This document shows positions 9,661 to 21,190 of a stretch of DNA of 64,000 bases, piece by piece. The stretch is from contig NZ_JAPUVR010000098.1 of the NCBI RefSeq assembly GCF_029255125.1, forward strand, positions 6,927-70,926, in the 5' to 3' direction. Position numbers and translations under genes: made by a program. Every line of letters starts with the position of its first letter. Within the stretch, counting starts at the first letter, position 1. The stretch comes from Accumulibacter sp. (GTDB lineage: Bacteria; Pseudomonadota; Gammaproteobacteria; Burkholderiales; Rhodocyclaceae). The notes under the pieces are model-generated. The model made no database searches. It saw only the letters and a program-made list of their open reading frames with translations, and was not told the DNA's origin.

Positions 9661-10290
9661 ATGAAACTGATCAGCAACAGCCTCACCGATGGCCAGCCGG
9701 TTCCCGGCGAGTTCGCTTTCTGCATCCCCGATCCCGAGCACCACGTCTGCCTTGGCCGCAACCTCAACCCTCATCTGGCTTGGCGCGAAGCGCCGGCGGG
9801 GACACGCTCCTTCGCGATCATCTGCCACGACCCGGATGTGCCGAGCAAGGGCGACGATGTCAATCAGGAAGGACGAACGGTCCCCGCTTCGCTGCCGCGC
9901 ATCGACTTCTTCCATTGGATTCTGTTTGACCTACCGCCGACGCTTGGTGAGATCGCCGCGGGGAGCTTCTCGAGCGAAGTGACGCCACGGGGCAAGGCCG
10001 GCCCGCATTGTCTGTTCGACGCCCGTCAGGGAATCAACGACTATACCGCCTGGTTCGCGGGCGACAACGACATGCGCGGCGATTACTTCGGCTACGACGG
10101 CCCGTGCCCCCCGTGGAACGATGAAATCGTCCACCGCTATGTGTTTACCGTCTTTGCGCTTGACGTCGAGCAGCTCGACTGCGCAGCAAAGGCAAACGGA
10201 CACCAGGTACGCGCGGCGATGCAAGGGCACATTCTCGCCGAAGCAAGCCTGGTTGCCACCTACACGCTCAATCCATCGCTCGCCGCCTAG
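9661..10290 (+). CDS. YbhB/YbcL family PEBP (Raf kinase inhibitor-like) protein
   Basis: NPHLAW, ICHDPDVP, FFHWIL, YDGPCPP, HRYVFTVFALD. Confidence 0.9.
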   Translation: MKLISNSLTDGQPVPGEFAFCIPDPEHHVCLGRNLNPHLAWREAPAGTRSFAIICHDPDVPSKGDDVNQEGRTVPASLPRIDFFHWILFDLPPTLGEIAAGSFSSEVTPRGKAGPHCLFDARQGINDYTAWFAGDNDMRGDYFGYDGPCPPWNDEIVHRYVFTVFALDVEQLDCAAKANGHQVRAAMQGHILAEASLVATYTLNPSLAA

Positions 10291-10383
10291 CGCGGAAGAA
10301 CACAGGACGCTGGTCGCGGTCAGCCCCTTAGAAACGGCTGCCGCGAGAGCTGGCGCGCCGCGTCGCTTGCCGACCAGAAAACG

Positions 10384-10445
10384 CTGAAGGCCGCGGCAAG
10401 CGGCCTTCAGTTCTCGGCTCGGGGCTGCTCGCGAGAGCAGCCCCG
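10384..10445. terminator. Two adjacent GC-rich hairpins between convergent ybhB-like and hppA genes (probable bidirectional terminator region)
   Basis: CTGAAGGCCGC-ggcaa-GCGGCCTTCAG (10384-10410) and CGGGGCTGCTC-gcga-GAGCAGCCCCG (10420-10445). Confidence 0.7.
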
Positions 10446-10482
10446 GTGCTACAGATGCGAGCAGTCTCGCCTCGCAGAAATC

Positions 10483-12900
10483 CTACTGGATGCTCACCTC
10501 GACGCGGCGTGCTTCGGCAGAATCGCCGGTCCCGGTGGTCACCTGTGGCTTCTTCAGCTCGATCCGGTCCTCAGCGATGCCAACGTTTTTCAGTCCTTCA
10601 CGCACCGCCTTCGCCCGGTTCTTGGCGACTTCCTCGTTCACTGCCTGGCTGCCACTGGGATCGTGGAAACCGGAAATGGCGATCTTGGCGCCTGGGTTGG
10701 CCTTGGCATGCGTAACGACCGCCGCCAGCGTCGTCGCCGCATCAGCCGGCAAGTCGGCCGAACCCACGGCGAAATAGATCTTTGCGGCCGCCGGCGCGCT
10801 GGCAGCGGCCGCTGCCGGTGCTGCGTCGGCCGGTTTGCCCGACGTCGCCGGAACCATCAGTGGCACGATCATCAGGGCAACGATATTGATGATCTTGATC
10901 AGGGGGTTGACGGCCGGTCCTGCGGTGTCCTTGTAGGGATCGCCGACGGTATCGCCGGTAACCGCCGACTTGTGCGCATCCGAACCCTTGCCACCGAAAT
11001 GGCCGTCCTCGATATACTTCTTGGCGTTGTCCCAGGCGCCACCACCCGTCGTCATCGAAATGGCGACGAACAGACCGGTGATGATCGTTCCCATCAACAA
11101 GCCACCCAGCGCCTTCGGGCCGAGCAGCAGGCCGACGAGAACGGGTACGAGCACCGGCAGCAAGGACGGAACGATCATTTCACGAATCGCCGCAACGGTC
11201 AGCATACCGACCGCGCGCGAATAGTCGGGCTTCGCCTTGCCTTCCATGATGCCCTTGATTTCCTTGAACTGGCGCCGGACCTCGATGACCACCGAGCCAG
11301 CCGCCCGGCCAACAGCCTCCATCGCCATGGCGGCGAACAGGTAAGGAATCAGACCGCCCAGGAAGAGGCCGATGATCACCATGTGATCGGACAGATCAAA
11401 ACGCAGACCGCCACCGAAGTTCACTTCCAGGGCATGCGTGTAGTCCGCGAAAAGGACCAGCGCGGCCAGACCAGCGGAACCGATGGCATAACCTTTGGTG
11501 ACCGCCTTGGTCGTATTGCCGACCGCATCGAGCGGGTCGGTCACGTCACGCACCGACTTCGGCAATCCCGACATTTCGGCGATGCCGCCGGCGTTGTCGG
11601 TAATCGGCCCGTAGGCGTCGAGGGCAACGATGATACCGGTCATCGACAGCATCGAAGTCGCCGCGATGGCAATGCCGAAGAGGCCGGCCAGCGCATAGGT
11701 CAGGTAGATCGACGCACAGACGGCGAGCACCGGCAGCGCGCAGGCTTTCATCGAAACCGCCAGACCGGCGATGATGTTCGTCCCGTGACCCGTGGTCGAG
11801 GCCTCGGCGACGCGCTTGACCGGGGAGAAGTCGGTCCCGGTGTAGTACTCGGTAATCCAGACGAGAAGCCCGGTCAGAACCAGACCGATCGCGGCTGACC
11901 AGAAGATGTTCATCGACGAGATCAGGCTGCCATCGGCCAAGGTCACGCCATTGCCGAGCAGCATCGTCGTGATCGGGTAGAAGGCGATCAGCGCCAGAAT
12001 TCCGGCCACCGCCAGGCCGCGGTAGAGGGCGTTCATGATCTTGCCGCCGTCGCTCGCCTTGACGAAGAAGCAGCCGATGATCGAGGCCAGAATCGACACG
12101 CCACCAAGAACGAGCGGATAGACGACGAGGTTGTCGTTCGCTCCAGCAACGCCTTTCAGCATCATCGCGCCGAGCACCATCGTCGCGACGACGGTCACCG
12201 CATACGTCTCGAAGAGGTCGGCCGCCATGCCTGCACAGTCGCCGACGTTGTCGCCGACGTTGTCGGCAATCACCGCCGGGTTACGCGGATCGTCTTCCGG
12301 AATCCCCGCCTCGACCTTGCCAACCAGGTCGGCACCCACGTCGGCCCCCTTGGTGAAGATACCGCCGCCCAACCGGGCGAAGATCGAGATCAGCGAACCG
12401 CCGAAGGCCAGACCGACGAGCGGTTCGACGCTATGCTGCAGATCGCCACCAGCGCCCTTGAGCACGGCGTAATAGCCGGCGACGCCAAGCAGACCAAGTC
12501 CGACGACGAGCATGCCGGTAATCGCACCGCCTTTGAAAGCCACACCGAGCGCCGCGGAAATTCCGCTACGCGCCGCTTCTGCGGTGCGCACGTTGGCGCG
12601 CACCGAAACGTTCATCCCGATGAAGCCTGTCGCGCCCGACAACACGGCACCGATCAGGAAGCCAAAGGCCATCAGCTTGCCCAGGGCAAACCAGATGACC
12701 ACGAAGAGCACAGCGCCGACCAGCGCAATCGTCGTATACTGCTTGGCGAGGTAGGCTGAAGCACCTTCCTGGATCGCCTTGGCGATTTCCTGCATGCGCG
12801 GGTTGCCGGCGGGCAACGAGAGAATCCATTTCGTCATGGCGGCGCCGTACAGGACCGCTATGACCGCGCAAACCAGCGCGAACATCAGAAACGACGACAT
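10483..12900 (-). CDS. hppA: Membrane H+-translocating pyrophosphatase (K+-independent signature) fused to a C-terminal OmpA-like domain
   Basis: [48 protein letters not shown]; after an Ala/Pro linker, [32 protein letters not shown]; RBS GGAGG before ATG 12900. Confidence 0.95.
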   Translation of the reverse strand: MSSFLMFALVCAVIAVLYGAAMTKWILSLPAGNPRMQEIAKAIQEGASAYLAKQYTTIALVGAVLFVVIWFALGKLMAFGFLIGAVLSGATGFIGMNVSVRANVRTAEAARSGISAALGVAFKGGAITGMLVVGLGLLGVAGYYAVLKGAGGDLQHSVEPLVGLAFGGSLISIFARLGGGIFTKGADVGADLVGKVEAGIPEDDPRNPAVIADNVGDNVGDCAGMAADLFETYAVTVVATMVLGAMMLKGVAGANDNLVVYPLVLGGVSILASIIGCFFVKASDGGKIMNALYRGLAVAGILALIAFYPITTMLLGNGVTLADGSLISSMNIFWSAAIGLVLTGLLVWITEYYTGTDFSPVKRVAEASTTGHGTNIIAGLAVSMKACALPVLAVCASIYLTYALAGLFGIAIAATSMLSMTGIIVALDAYGPITDNAGGIAEMSGLPKSVRDVTDPLDAVGNTTKAVTKGYAIGSAGLAALVLFADYTHALEVNFGGGLRFDLSDHMVIIGLFLGGLIPYLFAAMAMEAVGRAAGSVVIEVRRQFKEIKGIMEGKAKPDYSRAVGMLTVAAIREMIVPSLLPVLVPVLVGLLLGPKALGGLLMGTIITGLFVAISMTTGGGAWDNAKKYIEDGHFGGKGSDAHKSAVTGDTVGDPYKDTAGPAVNPLIKIINIVALMIVPLMVPATSGKPADAAPAAAAASAPAAAKIYFAVGSADLPADAATTLAAVVTHAKANPGAKIAISGFHDPSGSQAVNEEVAKNRAKAVREGLKNVGIAEDRIELKKPQVTTGTGDSAEARRVEVSIQ

Positions 12901-13032
12901 AAGCAACCTCCCTCTGAAAAGTTACCCGAACCGAGCGGAAGCTCCCCACCGGTCGGTTTAACATCACACCCAAACTGCACAACCTGCCGCCTTCTGCCAG
13001 CAAACGCCGGCAACCTCCAGGGCGGCAACCGC

Positions 13033-13704
<672 letters not shown>

Positions 13705-13816
13705 TCAGATCAAACAATTTATCATATTGTTCATGCAATTACGTTTGCACTCTTGGGCTCCGGCAGCACGTTGTCGTGCTCGACAGGCGGAAACTTACCC
13801 GCAAAAGCGCCGTCGG

Positions 13817-14599
13817 TCAAACCTTTTTGAAGCGATCCTGCATCAAACGTGCATCCTCCGGCGTGTCGACGCCGGCCGTTGGCAGGTGCTCGGCGAGGTG
13901 CACAGTGATCCGGAAGCCGTGCCAAAGGGCACGCAGTTGTTCGAGCGCTTCAAGGTTTTCGAGCGGTGATGGCGCCAGGTGGCAGTAGCTGCGCAGGAAG
14001 CGGGCGCGATACGCGTACAGCCCGACATGGCGGAGAGCGTGCATCCCGGGCGGAAATGTTGAGCGCCCCGCAGCGCTGGTAAAGTGGTCGCGAGCGTAGG
14101 GAATCGGTGCGCGCGAGAAGTACAGCGCATCACCGTTGGCGGCACAGACGACCTTGACCACGTTCGGGTTGAAGAAATCGCCCGCATCGCTCAGTGCGTG
14201 GGCAACCGTTGCCATGTCGGCGCCGGTCGCTGCGAGACGCGCGGCGGTCTGGTCGATCAGTTGCGGGTCGATCAGCGGTTCGTCACCCTGCACATTGACG
14301 ACCATCGTCTCATCGTCCCAAGCGAAGCGTTCGACGACTTCGGCCAGACGATCGGTACCCGTGGCGTGCCCGGCAGCCGTCAGGATGGCGCGCATGCCGT
14401 ACCGCTCGGCGGCCTCCCGCACTTCCGGGTGATCGGTCGCAATGATGACTTCGTCCGCCATCGACAGCAGCGCGCGCTCGGCGACCCGCACAACCATCGG
14501 CTTGCCGCCAAGGTCGAGCAATGGCTTGGCGGGCAGCCGCGTTGACCCGTAGCGCGCCGGGATGACAATTTTGAACGGCGCGGCCGCGGCTGGACTCAT
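13817..14599 (-). CDS. kdsB: CMP-KDO synthetase (3-deoxy-manno-octulosonate cytidylyltransferase)
   Basis: [37 protein letters not shown]. Confidence 0.96.
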   Translation of the reverse strand: MSPAAAAPFKIVIPARYGSTRLPAKPLLDLGGKPMVVRVAERALLSMADEVIIATDHPEVREAAERYGMRAILTAAGHATGTDRLAEVVERFAWDDETMVVNVQGDEPLIDPQLIDQTAARLAATGADMATVAHALSDAGDFFNPNVVKVVCAANGDALYFSRAPIPYARDHFTSAAGRSTFPPGMHALRHVGLYAYRARFLRSYCHLAPSPLENLEALEQLRALWHGFRITVHLAEHLPTAGVDTPEDARLMQDRFKKV

Positions 14600-14772
14600 T
14601 CCGTCTCGCCCGACACCGGGCGCGCCTCATCCGGCAGCATGATCGGAATTCCGTCGCGGATCGGAAAAGCCACCTTGCAAGGCTTGCATACCAGTTCCGA
14701 CTGCGCCTTGAGGTACTCGAGATTCGCCTTGCACACCGGGCAGACGAGGATATCAAGCAGACGAGCGTCCAT
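14596..14772 (-). CDS. ycaR: Trm112-like protein (YcaR)
   Basis: [27 protein letters not shown]; canonical position between lpxK and kdsB. Confidence 0.93.
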   Translation of the reverse strand: MDARLLDILVCPVCKANLEYLKAQSELVCKPCKVAFPIRDGIPIMLPDEARPVSGETE

Positions 14773-15799
14773 GGAGTCTCTCCAGTATTGTCTCGAACAG
14801 GTCGGCGTGCTGTGAAACGCCGCTGATGACTGCCTCAACCGGCAGCACCCAGGCTTCTCCGGAGACGTATGCGGCGCATTTTACCGCATCTTTCTCGGTC
14901 ATCAGCAGGACACCATCACGCGCGAAAAGGAGATCGGCAGCACTGTAGGGATGATGGTCAGCAAAGGCGCGAGCGTCCACCTGCAGGCCGAGCGCCGCCA
15001 GATGCTGGAAAAAGCGCTGCGGATTGCCGATACCGGCGAGTGCGTAGATCCTGCGCCCCGACCAGTCGGCGGCCGTGCAGCTGCGCGGCTCACCGCTCAC
15101 GGCAAAGAAACGCTCGCCGACCAGCTTCATCGCGAAATTCGGCAGCGCCTGCGCCGCCTGCGGCAGGACCTCTGGCGGGCCGCCGTTCCAGACGACGGCG
15201 GTGGCCTGGCGCAGGCGCCGCAGCGGCTCACGCAGGGGCCCGGCCGGCAGTAGCCGGCGATTGCCCTGACCGCGCTCGTCGAATACGACCAGTTCGATCG
15301 AGCGCTGCAGGCGATAGTGCTGCAAGCCGTCGTCGGCGACGATCACGTCGCAGTCGGCGTGCGCAGCGAGCAGCGCCTGGCTGGCGGCCACGCGATCGCG
15401 GCCGATGAAGACCGGTACGCCACTGCGCCGAGCGAGCAACAGGGGCTCGTCGCCGACGAGCGCGCTCGGCGAGTCCGGCGCTACCGCCTGGACCTGCGCG
15501 CTGTTCCCGCCGTAACCGCGGCTGACGATCCCCGGGCGCCAGCCGCTGGCAAGCAGGCGCTGGACGAGCCAGAGGACGAGCGGCGTCTTGCCGCTACCGC
15601 CGACGGTCAGGTTGCCGACGACGATGACCGGCACCGGCAAACGGCAGGCACGCAGCCAGCCGCAACGGTAGGCGCTCCGCCGCAAGCCGGCGAGGCCGCC
15701 ATAAAGCCAGGCAACGGGGAGCAGCAGATAAAGCGGCGCCCGCAAACGAGGTTCATACCACCAGCGCGCAAGACGCTGCGCGAGGTCGCCGAAAAGCAT
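14753..15799 (-). CDS. lpxK: Tetraacyldisaccharide 4'-kinase
   Basis: [48 protein letters not shown]. Confidence 0.96.
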   Translation of the reverse strand: MLFGDLAQRLARWWYEPRLRAPLYLLLPVAWLYGGLAGLRRSAYRCGWLRACRLPVPVIVVGNLTVGGSGKTPLVLWLVQRLLASGWRPGIVSRGYGGNSAQVQAVAPDSPSALVGDEPLLLARRSGVPVFIGRDRVAASQALLAAHADCDVIVADDGLQHYRLQRSIELVVFDERGQGNRRLLPAGPLREPLRRLRQATAVVWNGGPPEVLPQAAQALPNFAMKLVGERFFAVSGEPRSCTAADWSGRRIYALAGIGNPQRFFQHLAALGLQVDARAFADHHPYSAADLLFARDGVLLMTEKDAVKCAAYVSGEAWVLPVEAVISGVSQHADLFETILERLHGRSSA

Positions 15800-16215
15800 C
15801 AGGGCGGGGCTTGCGTGGCGAACGAAATCCGCACCAGGCCGGCGCTCTGCGCCGCCTGCATGATGTCTACGACGCTTTGATGCGTCGCCTTGGCGTCGGC
15901 ATTGATGACGACGACCGGCTCGCGTGCTTCGCCAGCGGCGCGCCGCAAGGCTTCGCTGATTGTCGGCGGAGTTGCCACCGGCAGCGGCACCTTGTTGACC
16001 AGAACCTGCCCAGCCGCGGTAACTACCACGTTGATCTCGTTCGGTTGCTCGTTCTGTTTGCTGGCCTCGGCCGTCGGCAGATTGATTTCGAGGCCGGAGA
16101 ACTTGGCATAGGTGGTGGTCAACATGAGGAAGATGATGATCACCAGAAGGACATCGATCAGCGGAATCAGATTGATCTCGGGCTCGTCGCCGCTGCGCCC
16201 ACGTTGGAAGTTCAT
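15799..16215 (-). CDS. exbD: ExbD/TolR family biopolymer transport protein
   Basis: EINLIPLIDVLLVIIIFLM transmembrane segment, INADAKATHQSVVDIM. Confidence 0.92.
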   Translation of the reverse strand: MNFQRGRSGDEPEINLIPLIDVLLVIIIFLMLTTTYAKFSGLEINLPTAEASKQNEQPNEINVVVTAAGQVLVNKVPLPVATPPTISEALRRAAGEAREPVVVINADAKATHQSVVDIMQAAQSAGLVRISFATQAPP

Positions 16216-16223
16216 CGGCGGCC

Positions 16224-16832
16224 TCAGGACGAGCGTTCGCCGTGCAGAACCTCGACCAGGCGTACCGCCTGCTGCTGCATCTCGATGATAAAACCGTCGA
16301 TCAGCGCGCGGAAATGGCGCCAGAAGATCATGCTCGGAATGGCGATCAGCAAACCAAAACCAGTGTTGTACAGAGCGACCGAGATTCCATGCGCCAACTG
16401 GATGGGGTTGCTCCCGCTCGGCGCCTGCGAGCCGAAGATCTCGATCATGCCGACGACCGTGCCGAACAGGCCCATCAATGGGCTGATCGAAGCGATCGTA
16501 CCGAGTGTCGTCAGGTAACGCTGCAAATCGTGCGCAACGACACTGCCCACCTCCTCGATGGCGTCGCGCATGATGTCGCGCGAACTGCCGACATTGCGCA
16601 AACCCGCGGCGAGCACGCGGCCGAGCGGCGAATGCGCGTCGAGTTCGTCGGCCATCGCCATGCTCGCGCCGTTTTTCTTATATTCCGCGACCACCCTCTG
16701 CAGCAGGCCGACGGGAACCACCTTGGCGCGCCGCAAGGCCAGCGAGCGCTCAATGATCAAGGCAACGGCAATCACCGACGCCAACAGCAAAGGCCAGATC
16801 GGCCAGCCAGCAGCCTGTACGATGGCAAACAC
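16224..16832 (-). CDS. exbB: MotA/TolQ/ExbB proton channel family protein
   Basis: LGTIASISPLMGLFGTVVGMI, GISVALYNTGFGLLIAIP. Confidence 0.92.
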   Translation of the reverse strand: MFAIVQAAGWPIWPLLLASVIAVALIIERSLALRRAKVVPVGLLQRVVAEYKKNGASMAMADELDAHSPLGRVLAAGLRNVGSSRDIMRDAIEEVGSVVAHDLQRYLTTLGTIASISPLMGLFGTVVGMIEIFGSQAPSGSNPIQLAHGISVALYNTGFGLLIAIPSMIFWRHFRALIDGFIIEMQQQAVRLVEVLHGERSS

Positions 16833-17088
16833 GGTTTTCCCCAGAGGATGTCAGCAAACGCAGCACTTTAGCCTGCGTCAGCGCCGGCAGCAAGTCCCGC
16901 GCGGTCGGCCAGACGGCCAGGCTATCCCGGGAAGTTGTGGACAAACGCTCGCTCAGGCTGTTGGTGAATCACCTAAGTAGCGATTCCACAAGCTTGTTCT
17001 GCGCTCTGCTCAAAGATCGGGCAAGGGCCGGCAGCGAAGCCTGCCGGATCGACAATGAAGCTCGCGCCAGCCGGTGTACAATGGGCCG

Positions 17089-18498
17089 ATGTCCGACACC
17101 CCGCCAGACGCTGCCAGTCTCGCCCAGCCGATCACGGCCATCCCGATTTCGCTGCTCAATCGTCTGGCTCGCGAGCGACTCGAGGCAGCCTTCCCGCTCT
17201 GCTGGGTCGCTGGTGAAGTGTCGAATCTCAGCTACGCCGCGTCCGGACACGTCTACTTCTCGCTCAAGGACAGTTCGGCCCAGGCCCGCTGCGTCATGTT
17301 CCGCAGCCGGGCGCAGCTCCTTGGCTGGCGAATCGAGAACGGTCAGCACATCGAGGCGCGTGTCCTGGTCACGCTCTACGAAGCACGCGGCGATTTCCAG
17401 CTCAGCGTTGAGACGGCCCGCCAGGCGGGCGCCGGCAGCCTTTTCGAGCGCTTCTTGCGCCTCAGGGACAAGCTTGAGCGCGAGGGTTTGTTTTCGCCCG
17501 CAGCCAAGCGGCCGCTGCCCGCCTTCCCGCGCCGCGTCGGCATCGTTACCTCGCCGCAAGCAGCGGCTCTGCGCGATGTGTTGAGCACGCTCGAACGACG
17601 CGCGCCGCAGGTCGGTATCGTCCTCTACCCCAGCCCGGTACAGGGTGAAGGTGCCGCCACGCTGATCGCTCGCGCAATCGAGTCCGCGGGTCAGCGCGGC
17701 GAGTGCGATGTGCTGATCGTTTGCCGCGGCGGCGGCAGCATGGAAGACCTCTGGGCGTTCAACGACGAGGCGGTGGCGCGCGCCATCCGTTCCTGCCCGC
17801 TGCCAGTGGTCAGTGGAATCGGCCATGAAACCGACTTTACGATTGCCGATTTCGCTGCCGACCGACGCGCACCGACGCCAACCGCGGCGGCCGAACTGGC
17901 CGTTCCCGAAACACGCGCGCTACTCACCCGCCTGACGACCCTGCGGGCAAGCCTGCAGCGCGCGCTGGCCCGTCGGATCGAGGGGCTTGGTCAGCAGCTC
18001 GACTGGCTTGCCCGGCGCCTGCAGCACCCGCAAGAAATCATCGCACGTCGACGCCAGATCCTCCAGCAGCAGGACAAGGACTTGCGCCTCGGCATTCGAC
18101 AGGCGCTGGCGCAAGCCGCGGGCGAGCTGGCCGACTGCAGCCGCCGCCTGTCGATCAACCGTCCCGATCCCGCCGGCCGGCGCGTTCTGCTGGAGAGACT
18201 TGCCGAACGCCTTGCGGCCGCCCGGCAAAACACTCTGCTCGACAAGCAAAACCAGCTTGCTCGCCTGGCCGCAGGACTCGCCCACCTGAACCCGACGGCG
18301 GTCCTCGCGCGCGGCTATGCCATGGTCGCCGACGAGCAGGGGCGCCTGGTGCGCGACAGCAAGACCTTGGAACCTAAGCAGCGCGTCGCTGTCTTCCTCG
18401 GGCAAGGACGCTTCGCAGCCCGCGTGCTGGCGCTACAGCACGACGACGGCCAAGCGCCTGATGGACGGACCATTGCCAGCAGTTGCCACCCCGACTAG
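17089..18498 (+). CDS. xseA: Exodeoxyribonuclease VII large subunit
   Basis: WVAGEVSN..SGHVYFSLKD, VTSPQAAALRDV, RGGGSMEDLWAFN, GHETDFTIADFAADRRAPTPTAAAE. Confidence 0.96.
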   Translation: MSDTPPDAASLAQPITAIPISLLNRLARERLEAAFPLCWVAGEVSNLSYAASGHVYFSLKDSSAQARCVMFRSRAQLLGWRIENGQHIEARVLVTLYEARGDFQLSVETARQAGAGSLFERFLRLRDKLEREGLFSPAAKRPLPAFPRRVGIVTSPQAAALRDVLSTLERRAPQVGIVLYPSPVQGEGAATLIARAIESAGQRGECDVLIVCRGGGSMEDLWAFNDEAVARAIRSCPLPVVSGIGHETDFTIADFAADRRAPTPTAAAELAVPETRALLTRLTTLRASLQRALARRIEGLGQQLDWLARRLQHPQEIIARRRQILQQQDKDLRLGIRQALAQAAGELADCSRRLSINRPDPAGRRVLLERLAERLAAARQNTLLDKQNQLARLAAGLAHLNPTAVLARGYAMVADEQGRLVRDSKTLEPKQRVAVFLGQGRFAARVLALQHDDGQAPDGRTIASSCHPD

Positions 18499-18659
18499 AA
18501 TCCCGCCGCCTGGCGAGAGCCGCGGCGGGTTAACATACGCCGGCCTGGTCGCCTATGCCCTGCGCCAAACGCTGTCCGGCTGCCCGATGGCCTACCTGTC
18601 TTGTGTTCTTGCACCAGCCGCTTTGCCGAATAACGAATGACCCTCACGGAGAACGTCAA

Positions 18660-19247
18660 ATGGAACATCTGTTGCCGCAACTTCCCTTTGCCATCGATGC
18701 GCTCGCCCCGCACATGTCGCAGGAGACGCTTGAATTCCACCATGGCAAGCACCATCAGGCCTATGTCACCAATCTCAACAACCTGATCAAGGGGACCGAA
18801 TACGAAGCGCTCGAGCTGGAAGCGATTGTCACCAAGGCGCCGGCCGGCGGCATCTACAACAACGCCGCGCAGATCTGGAACCACACGTTCTTCTGGAACT
18901 GCCTGAGCCCGACCGGCGGTGGCGCTCCGAGCGGTGCGCTGGCGGCGGCGATCGACGCCAAATGGGGCAGTTTCGCCGAGTTCGCCAAGGCGTTCCAGGC
19001 CTCGGCTGTCGGCAACTTCGGTTCAGCCTGGACTTGGCTGGTGAGAAAACCCGACGGATCGGTCGACATCGTCAATATGGGTGCGGCCGGAACACCCTTG
19101 ACCACTAGCGACAAGGCGCTGCTCTGCATCGACGTCTGGGAACACGCCTACTACATTGATTACCGCAACCTGCGGCCGAAATTCGTCGAGACCTTCCTGG
19201 CCAAGCTGGCCAACTGGCGCTTTGCCGAAATGAACTACGGCGGCTAA
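18660..19247 (+). CDS. sodB: Fe superoxide dismutase
   Basis: [44 protein letters not shown]. Confidence 0.95.
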   Translation: MEHLLPQLPFAIDALAPHMSQETLEFHHGKHHQAYVTNLNNLIKGTEYEALELEAIVTKAPAGGIYNNAAQIWNHTFFWNCLSPTGGGAPSGALAAAIDAKWGSFAEFAKAFQASAVGNFGSAWTWLVRKPDGSVDIVNMGAAGTPLTTSDKALLCIDVWEHAYYIDYRNLRPKFVETFLAKLANWRFAEMNYGG

Positions 19248-19262
19248 ACGGACAGGCGTCGC

Positions 19263-19290
19263 CTGACAGACTGCACGAACGGTCTGTCAG
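19263..19290. terminator. Hairpin between convergent sodB and MCP genes
   Basis: CTGACAGAC-N10-GTCTGTCAG inverted repeat just after the sodB stop. Confidence 0.55.
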
Positions 19291-19377
19291 CGCGCACCGG
19301 CCCGCGCTGCGCCAAGGGCCGTCCGGCGCTCGGCTGCTCGCTTTCCCGCCGCACGTCGATCAGCATCCGCTGCGCGC

Positions 19378-20991
19378 TCAGGTTCGGAACTGAGCGACCG
19401 TCCCGCGCAAGCCGGCAGCCAGATCACTCAGCGTCAGTGCAGCGCCGGCCGTTCCCTTCGCCGCCACGTTGTTCTCCTCCGACGCCTGGGCCACCTGCTC
19501 GACGCGCTGAGCGATCTGCTGACTGGCGATCGATTGTTCCTCGATGGCGCTGTCGATCTCGTTCACGACGGCAAGCACCTGGTCGACACTGCCGCGAATG
19601 CTGCGAATTGCCGCGCCCGCCGCACCAGCCAACTCGACGCCGCGATCGACCTGGTGCACAGCGGTCTCCATCGAAGTGAGCGAGTTGCGCGTCTCGTCCT
19701 GGATCTGCACGACCATCGCGTTGATCTCGCTGGTCGCTTTACCCGTGCGCTCGGCAAGCTTGCGCACTTCGTCGGCGACGACGGCGAAGCCGCGGCCCGA
19801 CTCGCCAGCGCGGGCCGCCTCGATCGCCGCGTTGAGGGCCAGCAGGTTGGTCTGATCGGCTACTTCCTTGATCACCTGAACAACCGTCGAGATCTTCGCC
19901 GAGCTTTCGTCGAGAACGCTGATCGCCCTGGAGGTCCGCCGCACGGTATCGGCAATCCGGTTGATTTCGCTCGTCGCTTCTTCGATGACCCCGCCACCGC
20001 TGTCGGACAACCTGGCCGCCTCGCTGGCTGTCTTCAAGGCGTCACGTGCGCTTTCTGCAACCTGAGTGATACTGACCGACATCTGCTCGACGACCGCGGC
20101 CATCGAGGTCGCCGACTCGCTCGTCGTTCCTGACGCCGCCGCCGCCTGCTGGGCCGAACTGGCCAGCGTTTGCGCCGCGCGCTCGGTACGCTCGACGGTC
20201 GCTGTGATGTCCTGCAACAGCGTGCGCAGCTGGGTCTGCATGTGCTGCTGATGCGCCATCAGGCTCTGCGTATCGTTCGCTCGCAACTGCAGGTCCTGCC
20301 GCAGATCGCCGCTGGCAATCCGCTGGACGAACTGGCGCACGTCCTCCGGCTCGCCACCGAGTTGCCGGGCGATTCGCCGGGTGACGACAATCGCAATGCC
20401 GACGGCGAGGACGATCGCCAGCAGCAAGAGCGCAGACATCAGGTTTTCAGCGAGCGCGTGCGCGGTGGCGGCTTCCTTCTCCTCCCGCGCCTTGCTTTCC
20501 TGCTGCAGTCCGATGAAGCGCTCGCTTGCGGCGGAGAGTTCGCGCTGTATGCTGCGCGCCTCGCCCTGAATCAGGTTCTGCATGGCCAGCAGTTCGTCTT
20601 CCTTGGCGAGCTTGACGACCTGCTCGTTGCTCTGTGTGTAGCGCGCGTTGAGCGCCCGCATCGTGCCGGCGAGCTCGCGTGTTTCGGCACGTCGCTGCGA
20701 CTTCTCGAGTTCCTCGGCCAAACGCTTGTTCGCCTTGCCAGTGGCGGCAACGCGCTCGAGTTCCTTGCCACGCTCGTCGGCGCCAACCACCAGGGCATTC
20801 AACTGGTAGCGCCGCATGGCGTTGACGCCCTCGGCGATTTCACGCGCCAACGACTCGTTGCGCGCGGCGCGCACGATGTCGTTGACCTGTCCCTCGATGA
20901 TCTGGAATTGGACAATTGCAAAGGTAACGAGCGTGGTCATGACGACGATAATGGCGCCAAAACCACTCCATAGAAGCATCCTGATTTTCAC
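19378..20991 (-). CDS. Methyl-accepting chemotaxis protein (periplasmic four-helix sensor, HAMP, signalling domain)
   Basis: Two TM helices; [39 protein letters not shown]. Confidence 0.95.
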   Translation of the reverse strand: MKIRMLLWSGFGAIIVVMTTLVTFAIVQFQIIEGQVNDIVRAARNESLAREIAEGVNAMRRYQLNALVVGADERGKELERVAATGKANKRLAEELEKSQRRAETRELAGTMRALNARYTQSNEQVVKLAKEDELLAMQNLIQGEARSIQRELSAASERFIGLQQESKAREEKEAATAHALAENLMSALLLLAIVLAVGIAIVVTRRIARQLGGEPEDVRQFVQRIASGDLRQDLQLRANDTQSLMAHQQHMQTQLRTLLQDITATVERTERAAQTLASSAQQAAAASGTTSESATSMAAVVEQMSVSITQVAESARDALKTASEAARLSDSGGGVIEEATSEINRIADTVRRTSRAISVLDESSAKISTVVQVIKEVADQTNLLALNAAIEAARAGESGRGFAVVADEVRKLAERTGKATSEINAMVVQIQDETRNSLTSMETAVHQVDRGVELAGAAGAAIRSIRGSVDQVLAVVNEIDSAIEEQSIASQQIAQRVEQVAQASEENNVAAKGTAGAALTLSDLAAGLRGTVAQFRT

Positions 20992-21190
20992 CTGCTGCCC
21001 CCGGCAATCAATATGTCCATCTTTCCCCTAGTCTACTGTGCCGCGCCACCCGTGGGTTATCAATTCAATGATTTTATGTATGATGCGAGGAGTGCAGCGA
21101 CCCCGGCGCGCTCACCGCTGCGCCGGAAAGCGCCGGCCATGCCGCGCCCAGCGCCGCCCGCCTTGCCCGATCGTCAGCCGCAACAGCGAC

